A DNA stretch of 64,000 bases. Source: Felis catus. Lineage: Eukaryota. This document shows positions 63,032-64,000 of the stretch, in pieces. Below the pieces are notes generated by a model, which was not told the DNA's origin, did not search any database, and saw only the letters and a list, made by a program, of their open reading frames with translations. Position numbers and translations under genes: made by a program. Every line of letters starts with the position of its first letter. Within the stretch, counting starts at the first letter, position 1. The stretch is taken from NCBI RefSeq assembly GCF_018350175.1, contig NC_058368.1:114330001-114394000 (forward strand), in the 5' to 3' direction.

Positions 63032-64000
63032 AGGGGCGCCTGGGTAGCTCAATCAGTTAAGCATCCAAATCTTGATTTCGGCTCAGGTCAGGATCCCACA
63101 ATACATGAGATCAAGCCCCACATTGGGCTTTGTGCTGACAGCACAGATCCTGCTTGACATTCTCTCTCTCTCTCTCTCTCTCTCTGTCCCCCAACTCAAA
63201 ATAAATAAACTTAAAAAAAATAAATTTAAAGTTTTGTTCCAAAAGAGCAGTATCAAACAGTATCAAAGACTAATATAAGATGAATGGATATTACTTAAAA
63301 ATCAATGCTGAAAAAGAAAACAGCCTATTATTTATCCTTTGTTCCCTGCATTCCTTCTCAAATGAAGACCAAACTTACCGTAACTTTACAAACTTGTTCA
63401 GCTGTAAAATGTATCTTGAGTTTATAAGTAATGTAAATGAAATAAAGAAGTAATCAGGGTGCCTGGCTGACTCAGTTGGCAGAACATACATCTCTTGATC
63501 TCGGGGCTGTAAGTGCAAGCCCAATGGTGGGTGTAGAGATTACTTAAAAATAAAATCTTGGGGCGCCTGGGTGGCTCAGTCGGTTAAGCGGCCGACTTCG
63601 GCTCAGGTCATGATCTCGCGGTCCGTGAGTTCGAGCCCCGCGTCGGGCTCTGTGCTGACAGTTCAGAGCCTGAAGCCTGTTTCAGATTCTGTGTCTCCCT
63701 CTCTCTGACCCTCCCCCATTCATGCTCTGTCTCTCTGTCTCAAAAATAAATAAACGTTAAAAAAATAATAATAATAAAATAAAATAAAATAAAAATAAAA
63801 TAAAATAAAATAAAATAAAATAAAATAAAATAAAATAAAATAAAATAAAATAAAATAAAATAAAATAAAATAAAATAAAATAAAATAAAATCTTTATGGG
63901 CCGCCTGGGTGGCTCAGTTGGTTAAGTGTCTGACTTCAGCTCAGGTCATGATCTGGCAGTTCATGGGTTTGAGCCCAGTGTTGGGTTGTGTGCTGACAGC
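63032..64000 (+). mobile_element. Four SINEs, the last cut by the window end
   Basis: Heads at ~63032, 63457, 63560 (near-consensus), 63898. Confidence 0.85.
63775..63891. repeat. (TAAAA)n, about 23 units, expanded from a SINE tail
   Basis: Direct reading. Confidence 0.95.

Noticed and set aside
1041..63278. Recurrent ORF-track peptides such as AWVAQSVK...AQSLEPASDSVSPSL and MGQRETEHERGRGRERG
   Set aside because: They are translations of CanSINE copies in different frames, not a repeated protein family.
499..63545. Many ~75-nt tRNA-Lys(CTT)-like sequences (e.g. 503, 7569, 15731, 20342, 27769, 39348, 57401, 63460)
   Set aside because: All have the SINE GGGG leader, A-tails and broken stems. 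They are tRNA-derived SINE heads, not tRNA genes.

Overview
Mammalian genomic DNA, almost certainly a felid, judged from dense carnivore tRNA-derived SINEs (CanSINE/SINEC) including near-consensus cat-type young copies. The gene order matches my recollection of human 5q31.2. It holds the complete six-exon WNT8A CDS on + (8750-13780, 343 aa), the complete NME5 gene on - (non-coding exon near 57809-57860, five coding exons 57200-38170, 211 aa), and the last two coding exons of the long two-bromodomain BRD8 isoform on - (60481-59685). A full-length HMGB1 processed pseudogene with target-site duplications lies 177 bp past the NME5 stop. There are several 5'-truncated L1s, old L2/MIR/hAT fossils and microsatellites. 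I found no new multi-gene system. The best leads are lineage-specific changes: a 1-nt frameshift that disables the human-type alternative WNT8A N-terminus, a 24-nt WNT8A tail deletion, an L1 inside the short BRD8-NME5 spacer next to the NME5 X-box, an antisense HMGB1 retrocopy at the NME5 3' end, and candidate WNT8A regulatory elements (CTCF sites, DR2 RARE, SINE-poor motif-rich block). Human comparisons are from memory and need alignment to confirm. Repeat boundaries and family names were read by eye.
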